A stretch of 56,485 bases of DNA, filler included, from Sluysia triapertura (lineage: Eukaryota): assembly GCA_046118255.1 (NCBI GenBank). It is 3 parts of 3 records of this genome, joined end to end, with 100 filler letters (N's around TTAATTAATTAA, not from the genome) between each part and the next. Parts side by side here need not be neighbours in the genome. Positions count along the whole stretch, not along the records: positions 14,247 to 40,931 come from JBJNIA010121971.1; positions 41,032 to 56,485 come from JBJNIA010227901.1; 1 more part is not named here. The stretch is one strand, 5' to 3'. Shown in pieces: positions 37,201 to 51,339 of the stretch (positions are counted from its first letter, which is position 1; every line of letters begins with the position of its first letter). Both the position numbers and the translations under genes were made by a program. The notes beneath the pieces were generated by a model that was not told the origin of the DNA, made no database searches, and saw only the letters and a program-made list of their open reading frames with translations.

Positions 37201-38385
37201 ACCACTAATAATATTGATCAATTGCCACCGCCACCAATACCATCATCAGTAACAGATGACCTAAATGAAATAGGTGTTATTCCAATATTTAAAAGCGTTT
37301 ATGTAAATAATGATTCTGTACCGCACTCTGAAATTGCTGGTCAACCACCACCAATCTATAAAGATTATTGCAAAACACATGCTAATAAATAAGCATAATT
37401 CGACCTAACATTACAATTAACTTTTGATTCTTAATCTTAAATTGTTTTACTTACGAAATAAACTTGCATTAAATAATATTCATATTTATGTACAAAATCA
37501 TAAGATGTTAAATTCTTTCAGAACTTTGATAGTTGCAACACATTTCTCTTATTTATGAAATCATTACTTTTTGCAAATTATTATGTTTATTAAATGGTTT
37601 ATACTTCACTAATGTGAGCATTAACAATCTTTGATATACTTTTGAAAAATACTTCAATAAATACATTCGTTGATAGGCTTGTGACATCTGTTAATACACG
37701 CAAACCGCATTTCGAAATAATCAAAGTGTAATTCTACTGCTTAATATTTATTTAATCAAATATTATGCTTTTCATTTAATTGTGAAACCGTGTTCTAAAA
37801 TTTCAATATATTTTGTTTCTTTACATATAATGGAAATAAGTCTTAAACATGTGGCATAAATACTCGAGTGATAATTATTCATAAAATAATAAATATTAAT
37901 AGTAATACACTTAATAAAACGTATAGTTAATAATTTCGTAATAAAATATTGAGTGCTCGTTAACTTTTTCATTTTTAAGTCAAAAAAATTCGTAAATAAA
38001 ATACACTTAAACTCATTATACAACATTCACATTTAAATGAAAATTTCACTTATATTTCATATTATTCTTCTTCACATTTATTGTTGTAAATTGAAATATG
38101 AATGTTAACACTTTTATAACTATATTATTATCATTATTACTTATTAAGTTCTTTTTGAATGCATATAAACAAATAATGGAATAACCGGTAAACATGACGA
38201 AATGCCTAATGACCCAAAGTATATTTCTTTTCCGAATATTACAATAGACGTGTGCCATATTCCTTTGATTTCCTTCCCTATATAAGTTCATTTTTAATGA
38301 AAATAATCTTACCTAGAAAAGAAACACTTAAAGGTTTGGCAAGACCTTTCGATAAATCATAAATATATAAAACTACTTCAACCAT
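31225..38385 (-). CDS. DESI1: Desumoylating isopeptidase 1 (PPPDE peptidase), exons 1-3; the catalytic-Cys exon is not found in the window
   Basis: Exons 38313-38385, 38186-38277 and 31225-31334 give [55 protein letters not shown]|[36 protein letters not shown]. This matches DESI1 [44 protein letters not shown]. Intron 1 is 35 nt and intron 2 is ~6.85 kb. The ORF track misses this gene. Confidence 0.88.
32566..33048 (+). pseudogene. Intronless ORF of unknown function (116 aa, plus 43 further open codons after one in-frame TGA), inside DESI1 intron 2
   Basis: ATG at 32566, TGA at 32914-32916, then an open frame to TAG at 33046-33048. Composition is protein-like, but no family was recognised. 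Confidence 0.35.
33405..33557 (+). pseudogene. Degenerate CNNM/DUF21 metal-transporter fragment
   Basis: [24 protein letters not shown] contains the DUF21 signature VIFGEIIPQ, followed immediately by a stop. Confidence 0.6.
33903..34022. mobile_element. 120-bp pogo/Tigger-like MITE
   Basis: Perfect 20-bp TIRs CACCTATCCCCCGATTTACA / TGTAAATCGGGGGATAGGTG with TA on both flanks. Confidence 0.88.
34400..35190 (+). mobile_element. Heavily decayed mariner transposase
   Basis: Remnant motifs in order: VPHNLT (WVPHEL), IWW..GVIHYE, HGNARP (HDNARPH), [10 protein letters not shown] (SDYHLF). Confidence 0.75.
35345..35510 (+). mobile_element. tRNA-containing short interspersed repeat, intact copy (~165 bp)
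   Basis: Begins TGTTAGGGTAAAGGGCCTAAAGTGCCA with a ~75-bp AT-rich leader, then TGTTAGA + GGGCTGATAGCTCAGTGGATAGAGC...CTGGGTTCGAATCCCGGTCAGTCCA, then TTTTATGAAGTCTAACA. Acceptor, D and T arms pair; the anticodon arm is degenerate. Confidence 0.82.
36241..37392 (+). CDS. Uncharacterised single-pass type I membrane protein (~283 aa): signal peptide, 8-Cys ectodomain, Thr-rich stalk, TM helix, Pro-rich tail with PPxY
   Basis: Exon 36241-36682 (donor G|GTTAGT) and exon 36983-37392 (acceptor TTTTCTTAAG) splice in frame. Hydrophobic N-terminus; N-glycosylation sequons NYT, NCS, NIT, NTT; [22 protein letters not shown] followed by KWR; C-terminal QPPPIYKDY. Confidence 0.75.
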
Positions 38386-40857
38386 TAAAAAATATAATTA
38401 ATATAATTTAAATATCACAATACATTATATGAATACATTTCTTAAATTTATGCAAATTAACAATACTTTTAATGCATTTAAAATCTATATTTAAAATCTA
38501 TATAAATTCCATTATTAAAACAAATGTTTTCATTAATTTTTTTATTATTACAATCGAATAATTGGTCCTTTATTTCTTTCATAATATTGATAATATAATT
38601 TTAATCTTCATTTAAACCTAAATAACGAGGTTAAAGCTTCCATATGTACACCAAAAAATGCGGTTTGAGAAATTTCAACATTTCAATAAAACCCAGCAGA
38701 TAATTCTTATGATCTAACTTCTTTATTACGATTCAGTTTAGTTATTATGTTAATATATGTATTTTATTATTCTTTCTCTTGATTCAATTTTTCAGTATAA
38801 ATCATCCAATTTTATTCACTTTATATATAAAGCTTTGTATCGATTTATTGATTCACTACAACATTCAGATTAATATTTGTGTTCCTACATTAAATTAACA
38901 AAATTGAATAAATTCGAATCTCTATTTATTATAACTTAATAACTCAATAAAATTCAATATAAAGTAATTAATTAATCAGTATGTTTGTTTAAGTCAAAGA
39001 AAAAATTACTCTGATGGACAACATTTGTTAATTGGATATTTTTATAAAATATTTAAATTAAAGTAAAAAGAAAGATATGAAGAGAGAACCTTTTGTACGG
39101 TCTTATTTGTGAAAATATTAAAGTACAATTATTAATTAATTAAATTAAAAATTGTTTTAATAATGTTGAAATATTACGAAACACATCGACGCAGATAACA
39201 TAAAAATTATTTATTTTAATTAATTTTCTAGAATATAACGCTAAATGTATATATGTTGTAATGTTTAAGTATAATCAGAGTATATATCAAATTAATCCTC
39301 AGGAAAATATCAAATCGAACACGTTACTGTAATCGCTTGATATATTATATTAAAAATTATTGTATACGTGAAATTTTGTATTTGATTGATTTTATATTTA
39401 AACGATAAACATGTTAAATTTGGATTTTATTATGATAATAAGATAAAGGATTGTTCATTACAAATCCTATATCTTTGGGTAGTTGCTGTAGATCATAAAT
39501 TGGAAGTCAGCAGAAATTCGACGGAAATTATCTTCAAAATTTAACCGACTCACAAGAATAAGTAATTATGTAAAATAATTATTTCTGAATTCAAATTCTT
39601 AAACCGCTCAGAAATTATTTAACTATTATATTGTGGAAGTTCAACCTTTTCCTCAAAATTTTATTAACAGTTTCAATAAAATATCACACAAAACAAACCA
39701 AAATTTAAGTCAAACTCACGAACATCCAAACAGTTCACCTCATAAAATCTTATAAACCTTAAAACAATAAAATAAATAACATAATGAAATTTTTACAAAA
39801 GTTATGATGTTCTACAACTGTACGGAACAACAAAATACACAACTAATATTGATTTAGAAAATGAAAAAACAAAATAATGAAATTACAAACGAAAAAGTAA
39901 ATAAATTATTAATAAAAATTAGAACGAAAGAAGGAGAAATAATTACAATTGCAGAGGTCAAAAATAATGAATTAGAAATGCCTGAATTTTCTAACATCTC
40001 CCATTCAGCAACTCAATCAATTATTGATGAACAATCGGATAGCTTAAAATTTGTTCCACGAGTAGTTGTCGAATGCTACATTTATTTGTTACCACATAGA
40101 GATAAAATATAGAGAAGGTTATGTGACGTCAAAGACTTTCAAAAAATGCAGTTAAATAAAAATTCTTATAATAATTATGTCTCATTGTACGTGATAATTC
40201 ATGCATTTTTAAACCTAATATTGATACAAATTTTAAAAGTGATTCGTAAAAATTAAATTTTACTCTAACTGAAAAATATTATTATTATAAAGGTAAATTG
40301 AGCCTGAAGCGACAAAGAGAATTATTTATCAGCATAAAGACTTTTGAAAGAAATAATATAATAATTGAGAACCGCATATCAGATTTTGAATTTTAAATTA
40401 TTATAAATATAATTTGAAATTGAAATAATTATGAATCGATCATTTACCACAAAAAATTATTATCTATGTGAATATTGTATAAATATGCCACAAGATAAAA
40501 GTAAGGATGATTTTGAGGATAAAGAAATTCCAATCTCAGATGCCAGATTGATAAATTTGATAAATTTCTTTGTTGTAAGAATATTGTGTTAAATTGAATT
40601 TTAACTTGAAATTATTATTCAGACGAATTTGTTAATAAAATTGATTTGCTTAAGTTTAATAGGATTAGAAAAATTTGCGCAATAATAATGTAATCATAAT
40701 TAATTAAATTAATTTCTACTTTATTAGTTACTAAAGAATTACGAAAATAAACACTTAATTGAATTTTATTGTTTACTAAAGAAATACAAAAGTTTTTGAT
40801 ATTTATATTTAAGTTTTGCCGAAAATTGATGTTTTAAAAAGATATAAATAACATAAA

Positions 40858-40931
40858 TGTTGGGGTAAAAGACCTAAAAAGTGCCAAGTAGTATAATTGA
40901 ATATATTAAAAATGAAATTGTTAGACGGGGC
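40858..40931 (+). mobile_element. tRNA-containing repeat copy, 5' portion, truncated by the assembly gap
   Basis: TGTTGGGGTAAAAGACCTAAAAAGTGCCA...AAATTGTTAGACGGGGC matches the leader and tRNA start of the 35345 copy. Confidence 0.72.
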
Positions 40932-41031
40932 NNNNNNNNNNNNNNNNNNNNNNNNNNNNNNNNNNNNNNNNNNNNTTAATTAATTAANNNNNNNNNNNNN
41001 NNNNNNNNNNNNNNNNNNNNNNNNNNNNNNN
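40932..41031. other. Assembly spacer with TTAATTAATTAA linker (contig join)
   Basis: Same 100-nt design, with the linker at 40976-40987. Confidence 0.95.
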
Positions 41032-41042
41032 TATTATTATTA

Positions 41043-41100
<58 letters not shown>

Positions 41101-41110
41101 TATTATTATT
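41032..41110. repeat. (TTA)n microsatellite
   Basis: Direct reading. Confidence 0.95.
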
Positions 41111-42687
41111 GATGTAAAATGATGTAATTACAATTCACATAAGAAAATAAAGCCGGAAATAAATTACACAACAATTTTATATTTATTGACCAATCATAAT
41201 TTAAACAGGAAATGTAAAATTAGAAATAGAAAATAAAATTATGTTAAAAATAAAAAAATAATAATAATAATTTTTATTATTAATAATTTTATTATAACTC
41301 AATATCTGATATGTACTTCCTTTTGTGTTAATTTTGCCAATTTCCGTTTATTCAGACACGTAGTTTATATGTTACTATTTTTAGTTATACTATATCACGC
41401 GATATATTTTTTTATTACAATATAGTTTGTTAAATAATAATTGTAAGATACAGTTTTATGATAATTTTAAAATTATAATTTAGTTTTTTTTAATCTATAT
41501 ATTTTCAATCAAAAATGCTTTATTAATAAAGTTAAGCATTTCTGTAGCTATGGCACTGAAATTCTTCTTAATGTACAATATTTTCGTAGTTCTATAAGTT
41601 TTTTGTTCGTATATATTCGTTTTTTATTATTTTTGAATGTTTATCTCATTTTGTCAATTCAATTATTAGTTATCATATCTTTCTTTTTTATCTGCAGAAG
41701 CAATAAAGGAGGAAATATACTTAATAACAATATTTAATATTTTATTGTTGGAAACCGTTTTAAAAATATGTTTTCGATAATATTTTATTTGATACAAAAA
41801 TATAATTCGATAGTATAATAGAAGATAAAAACATTTTTCAAAATTTGATATTTATTAATATTCTTTCCTTTTTGGGGGGGGGTTAATATAATATTTGATT
41901 TAGAAGTTTTTACCCGCATCATCGTTTTTTATTATCGTAAACATTTTTCACATTAAATCTATACTAAACTTTAATTTAATTCAGTACATTCAAGAAATAT
42001 AGATTTTTTCTACGAATTTTCTAATGTCAATTTCTGTGAAATTTATGTCATGGCACGTTTATAAAGTAATAACATTTATGTTTCATTTGTAAACATTGAG
42101 ACTATATCGTCTCGTGCACTTCATCCAATGTATTATAAGATCTTTTAATCATCTAGAACAAAGTATTGTTCTTCGAATTAGTTTTGGCAAATATTTTAAA
42201 TTTCTGTCTATTCAAAAACATTTTTTGAAGATATTATTAAAAATTAAATATTATATTAAATATTAAAAATTATATTAAATATTAAAAATTATATTAAATA
42301 TTAAAATTATAATATACAATAAAATATTAAGATTATGTAGTTAATGTTTTAATTGAGTTAATGTTAATCTTTCAATCATTTTTTCTTATTTATTACAGGT
42401 ACGTTAAGATAAAATTATGGGACACCTTCATTTCATCCTTACAAATATTTGATGATTTAAATTTAAATAACATTTTTTTACTTATCCTCAATTTCAATTA
42501 GATTGCCAAACTTATCTTCAGTAAAACTGAAATTCTTCCATTTGTGTAATTGTTAGTCCATTGCTTAATAATGGCAAACGATGTATATTAATGTTTCTTT
42601 TCTTATTTTATGAAGCCTATATCATTGATCTATATACATCTTCATTCTTTCTGAATTAAATTTTCTATGTATTAAAACTGGCGTTAA

Positions 42688-42986
42688 CTCTTTGAGGCAT
42701 GGTGGGATTAAAAGTGTCACAATATTTTAATTACAAATAATGCACGGTGGGATATTTTCTATACCATCTTGAAAAATTTAAATTCCTACTACAACAGCGG
42801 TTTAATATTGCACCCATCGTAAATATAAGATAACATGTTTACCAATAGGTGCCTACAATTAATTTTTCAATTTTTATTTTTATTTTTCATAGTTTTATAT
42901 TTTTATTTATTTAAATAATCCATATTAAAAAATATTCTTGTGCAACATGAGTCTGTTTATTTTCTAAAATTCCGTGCTTCAAAGAG
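42688..42986. mobile_element. piggyBac-type MITE
   Basis: TTAA|CTCTTTGAGGCATGG ... CCGTGCTTCAAAGAG|TTAA: TIRs with a TTAA TSD. Confidence 0.85.
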
Positions 42987-44139
42987 TTAAATGGAAGTTA
43001 AAAAATGTCATAATAATAATAATAATAAGTTGTGTAAAATATAATAATCACAAATATTTCTAAAAATATAATAATAATTTTAATAATAAAAATAATAGTT
43101 ATTTTAAAACGCTTAAAAGCCTTGATTATTTAAATGATAAAAATTACTTTAAATTGATTTCCAAAAAAACTATAAATTTCAGCGCGATATTTTCTGTCAT
43201 ATTTTGCAAAAAAACTTAAAGTAAGGCTACACTACTTATAAACTATTTAAAATCTATTAAATTATTTATTTTGCACATCATTTTCAAAAGAAGTGAAACC
43301 ATTATTTATCATGTACCATTTTAAAGGGGGTCATAAAATCATTTATTAATTTAACCTAGTAATTACTAAAAACCTAATCATTATCGAGTTATACACCCAA
43401 AATCATTTTGTTGGAAATACTTTATCTTCTTGTTTTAATTACTGCAAGTTGATATATCTTTCTTTGATTTTACTTCTTAACTGTGCAAAACTTAATGTAA
43501 AGGCAACCTCACTTATGATTATTAAAGTGCATAATGTTTTAAAAACTGTTTTATGATATTTTGTGTCGCATTGTGTTGAAGTTTGTTTAAGATTTTATTT
43601 ATAAGAAATTTGTTAGATTGTGTTGATATTTGCCTACGATTGTGTTTCTGATTAGTGTGTTTTGGTCTTGAATGTGATTGTAGTTCATTTCATATTATTT
43701 GGATTTTCTCTAAATAAAATATAATATTTTGTTAAGCTAGATATAATTTTATAATTTATTTATAATAACTTTAAACATAGGAAAAATATTTTCAATATAT
43801 AATACATCAATATCATCATTTTTTAATTAGATAAACATCAATTATGGAATCATACTTCGACAGGGTTTTTTTTACACATATTCATAGTTTATCCGATTAT
43901 TCCATTTTGTGCAATTCTGTGTTAAAATTATTTCTTGTGTCACATCTGTTAATTTTCATCGCAGAACTTTTCCAAAATTAAAATTAATTTAATTACCAAA
44001 CGTACTTTTGTCAATTTTATATCTTAAAACGTATTTCAAGATTTTTATAGCCTTTTTAAAATAATACTAAATAAACGATATTATCTTTATTCCAGGTGTT
44101 TTGTCACACTCGCGATTTATTACTTCATTATTGTTACTA

Positions 44140-44183
<44 letters not shown>

Positions 44184-44399
44184 TACTTTCTTATTATTAA
44201 TTTTATTTTTGCGTATACTTTTATAACTATTAATTTATATTATTAATTATATTATTATATTATCGGATCTAGACCTGACGATTGGTTTCGTTCGTAAATC
44301 ATTCCAATTCAACTAATGTTTTATTTATTTAAATAACTTAACATAGATATTTAATATTTGTTACATATTATTTATTATATTGAGTATAGAATAACATAG

Positions 44400-44720
44400 A
44401 AATAGATTTTAAGTACATAAATAAACAGTTGAAGAGAATCTTTTAAATGCCATAATTACAAGAAAATATCGGGTGCCTCATGGTATTCGCAATTCTTGAA
44501 AGGAAGATTGAGATATAACTCCAATTTTGTCTTATGTGTGATAACTCAACATTCTTGTTCAATCTTGTACAATTGGCATCAAGTTTTCATAGACGTATTA
44601 AAGAACCCTCTGGTTACTTCATAAAATGATATTACATTTCATCTTTTTCTCATGATCTGATTTTTAATTCACTTAAAACTTTTAAGTTTTACAAGTCAAA
44701 TCTTATTATCGTCGCTAAGA
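44400..44720 (-). mobile_element. Probable decayed CR1/L2 LINE 3' end
   Basis: Remnants TRG.., LYKIEQE, SRIANT and AFKRF resemble the CR1 ORF2 C-terminus; many stops. Confidence 0.35.
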
Positions 44721-47700
44721 CAGTGATACAACAATTGATAAACTTCTTGAATCATTTACGTTTTCTCCAATAAAACTCAAACTTATAATTATTAAATCAA
44801 TTTATTGTTTTATTAAACAAAAACATTATCATTATTAAAATAATAATTATTTTTTTATATTTCTTTTCTTTTTTTCTCTATTTTTTATATTGCAAAAAAT
44901 AAATCTATTTTAGAAATTTCTTTTAATTAACGTAATAAATAATTCATTGATTTTTTTAATTGTATGTCGAACTAATAAGGTAAACAGTTCATTTCCATTA
45001 TTTGAGCGTACTCTTACAATTGTCAAGCATGCTACTTAAAAATNNNNNNNNNNNNNNNNNNNNNNNNNNNNNNNNNNNNNNNNNNNNNNNNNNNNNNNNN
45101 NNNNNNNNNNNNNNNNNNNNNNNNNNNNNNNNNNNNNNNNNNNNNNNNNNNNNNNNNNNNNNNNNNNNNNNNNNNNNNNNNNNNNNNNNNNNNNNNNNNN
45201 NNNNNNNNNNNNNNNNNNNNNNNNNNNNNNNNNNNNNNNNNNNNNNNNNNNNNNNNNNNNNNNNNNNNNNNNNNNNNNNNNNNNNNNNNNNNNNNNNNNN
45301 NNNNNNNNNNNNNNNNNNNNNNNNNNNNNNNNNNNNNNNNNNNNNNNNNNNNNNNNNNNNNNNNNNNNNNNNNNNNNNNNNNNNNNNNCTAGAATGTTAT
45401 ACAAGTGAAGGTTATTTTCCAATAAGAGTACAGTATGAGTTGCCTACAGGGCCGTATCTAGGTAGAGTGGGCGCGACTGCAACTTCAATATGTATATATA
45501 TAAATTTTCAAAAAGTAAACACTTTCTAAAAAAGAAATTGAAAATTATAGAATATTCTGGAGTTTTAGAATTTGATTCTGATTGGTTGCTAATTAGTATA
45601 TATTAGTAATCGCAGTTGAATCATAAATAAATATAAGTGAGTTAAATAACACAAACGAAAATAAACATTTGGTAAGGTTATTTTTCGGTATCAGTCAAAA
45701 TTTTTAATAGAAAATCTTTAACTCCGCTTTAATGAGGGTAAAAATGATTTTTTAAGTCCTTAAATTATAAAAAATAAAAGGCCCCTAAAGGCTTTCATTT
45801 TAAATTATCAATTGTTATTTATTATTTCTTACTATCCTTTGTCGTGCCTTAATTTTATAAAAATATTATATTTTCTTTCTTTTTAATTAAGTTATTGTGG
45901 ACTAGCGGCAAAATGCAACAAATGAGTAAAAAAGTTACTATAATTAATTGTTACATTTATTATGTCATTTAAATAAGACGTATTCTTATGAAACTACATT
46001 TATAAAAGTAATTAAATTAATTTCCGAGGAAAAATTATATTTATTGAGAAGCGACATTATTTTAGAAAAAAACAAATATATTTAATTTAATTTATACTTC
46101 GCAATTTGCTGTTTTATAGTTATAGTACGCTGTAAGTTGTTTAGTGTAATCGAACCCTACTCAAAATTATTTTGCCGAAGGTTAAGAGTTAAGAAATATT
46201 TATTGTAATAAATCACATAATATATGTAAAATCAACAAAATAAATATTTTCAGCCAACGCCTACCAAAGTTAACAGCACATCAAAAGCATTTCCAGCAAT
46301 AAGTACCTTCCGGGAAATTAAATAACACGTTCCACAGAGTTGAATAAAGTAACAATAATAATAAATAAATAAATTTTATATATACATATTTTACAAGGGC
46401 TTCACGTTGTTAAGTGATAACAACATTGAATATATTTACTATATTTTATTAACGAGTGTGTAATTCTATTGATTGATTGCACTTCGTGTGCGAGATCCCT
46501 AGATGTGGTACCGATTGGATCCAATATGTGGTTAATGAATTTTGTTGGCCATATTTATATGTAGTAGTGACGATACTAATACAGTACTAGGATTGTATAA
46601 CGATGTTTGTATAATATTGATATTGTGCGACCTAGATTATATGAGTCTATAGATGTTTGAGAATCGAAATTTCATATTCGTATGAATAATTATATATTAC
46701 CATTAAATGTAAATTTTAATATTAACGGATTCAATGTAAACACGAAATAAAAAGAGTTTGTGATAAGTATTCTGTGAGAAATGTTAAGAGTATAATCATT
46801 ATTGCGAAGTTTCCTCAAGAAAGATGATTATACTGGATATACGTCGTGTATTTCGTACGTGCCATTTAACGATTGATATTTAGGTCAACCTTGATGTCAG
46901 ATTTAGAATGTGAAAAAATTGTCCAGAAAACACATGAATCTATAGTCATCTATTTTGCATAAACTTACACTTTTAAATTTGACACCTTTAAAGTAGCGTT
47001 TATAGAAACTATTGAATAACTTTAACTTTTTCATTAATAAAGTTAATAAAATACTTTAATAAAATCTTCTCAATTTTCTTTAATTAAAATTTTGTTTGTA
47101 TTTAACACAAAAACGCGTTACGAAATGGTTTGTTCCCCACACAGAGAATAAAAATAAAGGCACAAGACTTTATAAGATTAAAAAATACTTATAAGAATTA
47201 ACAATCAAAGCAAATGACAAGTTGTCATTGATGTCACTTCTATCGTGGCTATAAAATTGCTGCTTTTGTTTTGACAATCATTTATTTCTCTTAATTCAAC
47301 GTCTTCGGAGTATTTAAGAATCTTGTGGCACATCTTCTTAATTTTATTATTATTGTAACTTTCACAATATATATATTTGATAATTTTGTTCTGTTTTGAG
47401 ATACTCATGACCAAACACTATTTCGTAAACTATTTCATATAATGTATTCATTTCTGGATCTGCATTGTCGTCCAGAATCTCATAACAAGCGTAATTCCAT
47501 TACACTTCTTTATTTAACTTGTAAACTTTCTTTATCTTCATTAAATGATTCGTGAAATTTGCTTTTACTTCGTCTATTTTTATATTATTTAGATCATTTG
47601 TTTAACTATATTATAGCGGTGCATAAGTTCTTGCTTAAATTATTCACATTTTGTATATCGTTCTAACAATACTGATATTTATATATTTGATTTATTTTTT

Positions 47701-50700
47701 GTGTGCAATTCCAATACAAGGTGCTGAATTGACTGTCATAAATCTATGAAATTTGATCAGCAATGTATTAAAAGCTATTTCATCGAAAATGGTAACAGAG
47801 AATGCCATGATCAATTTGTAATTCAAGATAAATAAAAAATATTTTTTCAAAATCTGAATTAGGATAAATATACTCATAATGCCATAAATTCAAAAGACGG
47901 GCAATATTCACGAGCATATTATCTGGAATATCATCAATTCGATATCTAAAAAAATGATACTGAGTATCTCCTCGTGTGATAAAAAATGAATAGTTAATTA
48001 GTAACAACTTGATACATAGATTGTTATCAGCTGTTGCTAAATGAATGTGATGTAACTTTATAAGATAGGAAGAAAAAGAGTATATTGAGTAATGAAGTAG
48101 ATATTTATTTGAAATGTCGTTATCACATTGTGCTATTTTGTTAATATTTTAATAATAATAAAATTTTGTGCAAATGATTGAATAACCACACCAATTTGAT
48201 CTTGGTTGCCTGATTCGAATTTGGATTAGAATCATACAAATCAAGATCAAGATAATGTTACTTTAGTAAGAGTTTGCACTTAGACACCATTTTTGATTAG
48301 TGGTGATGTTTTATTTTTAAATTTATGAATTTTATGTGATTGGTCATTATTATTTATTATCTTAATTATTAATTTGTTAATTAAGAATTAAACTTGGTTA
48401 GTAAAATTTTTATCATCATCACTCTTAATAGAAACATTATTTAGGTGCTTAACGCTCTTAGGCAATTCATTATTATTCTTAACATTTAAATTATGAATAC
48501 GAAAATAATGAAAACAAATTTTATTTCTGTTACAAATAAACACATAAAAAGAAGGCTTTTTCGATAATGTTGAATAAATTTACTGAAGGTGAGTAATTTT
48601 CACTTAAAGTTGTTAAAGCAGCAACAATGTTCAGTCTTGAGTAGATCCTTGGTCTTAGGGAGTACCACAGAGACTCGAAACAATCATATGATAAAACGCC
48701 TGCACTGAAAATGTATGCGTAACGACTTGGATCATACCTACGAAGCATATAACTTTATTTCTATTTATATGCCCTTTTTCGCTACATTGATTATTCAAAA
48801 TTTAGAAAAATGTCGCAAATAGATAAATACCTTACAAAGGCTCAAAAGGATCCAAGGTTAGGGTAGCGAAACGTAATTTCAAAAATTCGGAATCTAGATG
48901 GCACGATTTACTTTAGAATTTAATAGTGCAAGTATAGAATAGTTTGAGATTTTAAAGGACGTTAGTGATATTCTTGGTTTCCTGATAACATAACGGTAGT
49001 TGATTTTGTAACAAATACGCTTTTCTTTCTTAAAGGATTTAGTTTTAACAATATGATCATTAAATGAATAGATATAACATGGTCCATAATGGTTTCGAAT
49101 AAGAATGTACTCATTTTTAGAATGCATCACTATTTAATTTTATGATATACCCAAAAGATGATGTTCGTTTTATAGCTTTTGCACTATTATCTTCAGTATC
49201 TGTGACTTGTCCATTAGCATCTTAATTGCCATTGTTGATATCAAATTGAATGATTTCCAAATATATTAGACTTGTGTTTCAAATAATGAAAAAGTAAAAA
49301 AATTCATATATAAATTATTTTAATGTTTTTTAAAAATATCTTGTAAATAAAAATTTACCGAAAAAGTGATCTTAACAAGATTACAAAATTATTATAATTA
49401 ACATTATTATATTTACTGCGATGTGTTATGTGGTTTTCAGCACATTGTTCTTGCATTACTCAATGTTAAATCTTCAGTGCTTTTAGTACTTCTCGACAGT
49501 TCTACAATTCATTTTTAATTTGTTAGTAATTGACTTTAAGAGTCATTGTTTCCTATTCTACTTTATTATTACAATAAGAAATTCTATCATTTATTTTAAT
49601 AAATTTCTTGACACCTTATCTTAGAGAATTGAGAATATAATTCTGATGTATTAGGTTCTTCCTAATGTAGAAAAGTTTTAAGGATGATGTTACGTTGAGT
49701 GCATTTGAGTAGATAATACGAAGGATGTAACTTAATAATAAAACGAATTGAAGTGTACATAAAATAAAAATTGAAAGAATGTAATTTGTTTAATTGTAAT
49801 CGATTTAAATCTCGTGATTTAGAATGTTTACATATGGACTTTTGTAATAAAATATCAGTTTAATTTTATGATGTAAATTAATCAGAGTAAAGTTAGAAGT
49901 ATGACGATTTAAAATAATAAAATAAGTATAATGATACTGATGACATTTTGATGATGGATATAAAACAATGTTGGTTGGAACCTAAACCGATAATTTTAAT
50001 ACAAAACTTCACAATTCTTATAACTTGTACATGTAACAACATTATACAATCTGTATAACATCCTACTTCACAATTCATGCAAACAATTACAGTACTATTC
50101 CAACTATTCATATCTTATACATTAATATACTCACCATTAATATAATATACATTATTATAAATCATCGGACATCTTTCACATTTTAATTTTATACATCAAT
50201 TTACAGTAAGCTTCTACTTCTTAAAACATTTACTTTAACTTTATTTTGAATTTTAAATTTTGAATTAAAAAACACATTTGTCAATCATTTTTAATATAAT
50301 AAAATAAACAATGTTTATAATTTGAATTATTCAATTAAATGCTTAAAATAATAATGATATTATTTTCTTATTAGTACATTATTAATGTAATTTATATTTT
50401 TTTGTCATTATTATTATTATTAATATTATTATTATTAATATAACCATTATTATTATTATTTCCATCATTGTTATTATCATTATTATTATCAATCATTATT
50501 ATAATCATTATTATTATCATTATTATTACCATTATTTTGATATTGAAACAAAATGAAAGGAAATAAAACGAAACTTCAAACAGAATTTTATACGAACGTG
50601 ACTTTTAATTACTTTTTTGCTAAAGAATTATCTTCTATTTAGCCAACATAACAGCAAATTTTACTAGAATTTATATTAAATTGTTCCAGTATGCGAATAT

Positions 50701-51339
50701 TGTTCGAAAATAATTTGATTTTGTGTTTTTTGTTTTTTCTAGATTTACTAAAAAAAGATTAAACATAGTTTCACTTTTATCGTATTTTGTTACATTTTAT
50801 TATAATATTTATTATTATTTCCTATCATCATCATCATTATTATTATTTATTGTTTAGTTAATTTATTTATTTGAACATAACGTTAGAGATTAATCTTTAC
50901 TAAGAATATACAACGTCATTTTTGTATAGTTACAACTTTAAGTTATTTTGAATGTGTTTCATAATATCGATTTATTAAAAACATCATTAAAAATTGAATA
51001 CGCAAAGTTGAATTTTTTGAAGCTAAAAATTTATGTCGTGATGTAATTTGAATGTGTAAGCAATGTGCTCTTAGGAGCTCAAATTAAGATTTTTGTAAAT
51101 TTCACTTTGCAAGCTAAAATGTTCAACATTTCGAATGACATAATAAAAAATCTTAAATTTTATCATAATTTGTAATAGCTTTCTTGTGTGCCAGTATATT
51201 TAGTTACCTCTTTATCAATTTCGTCTTTTGTTTTTGAAATAATTCTTCTCTAATCTTTAATTTTCCCTTCTTATCTATAGATGTAAAATTAACTAACTGT
51301 TTTTATTTGATTAGGAAAATAAGTTCTACAGTTATGTTT

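Noticed and set aside
45002-45529. 175-aa and 128-aa ORFs
   Set aside because: Artefacts of translating through an N gap.
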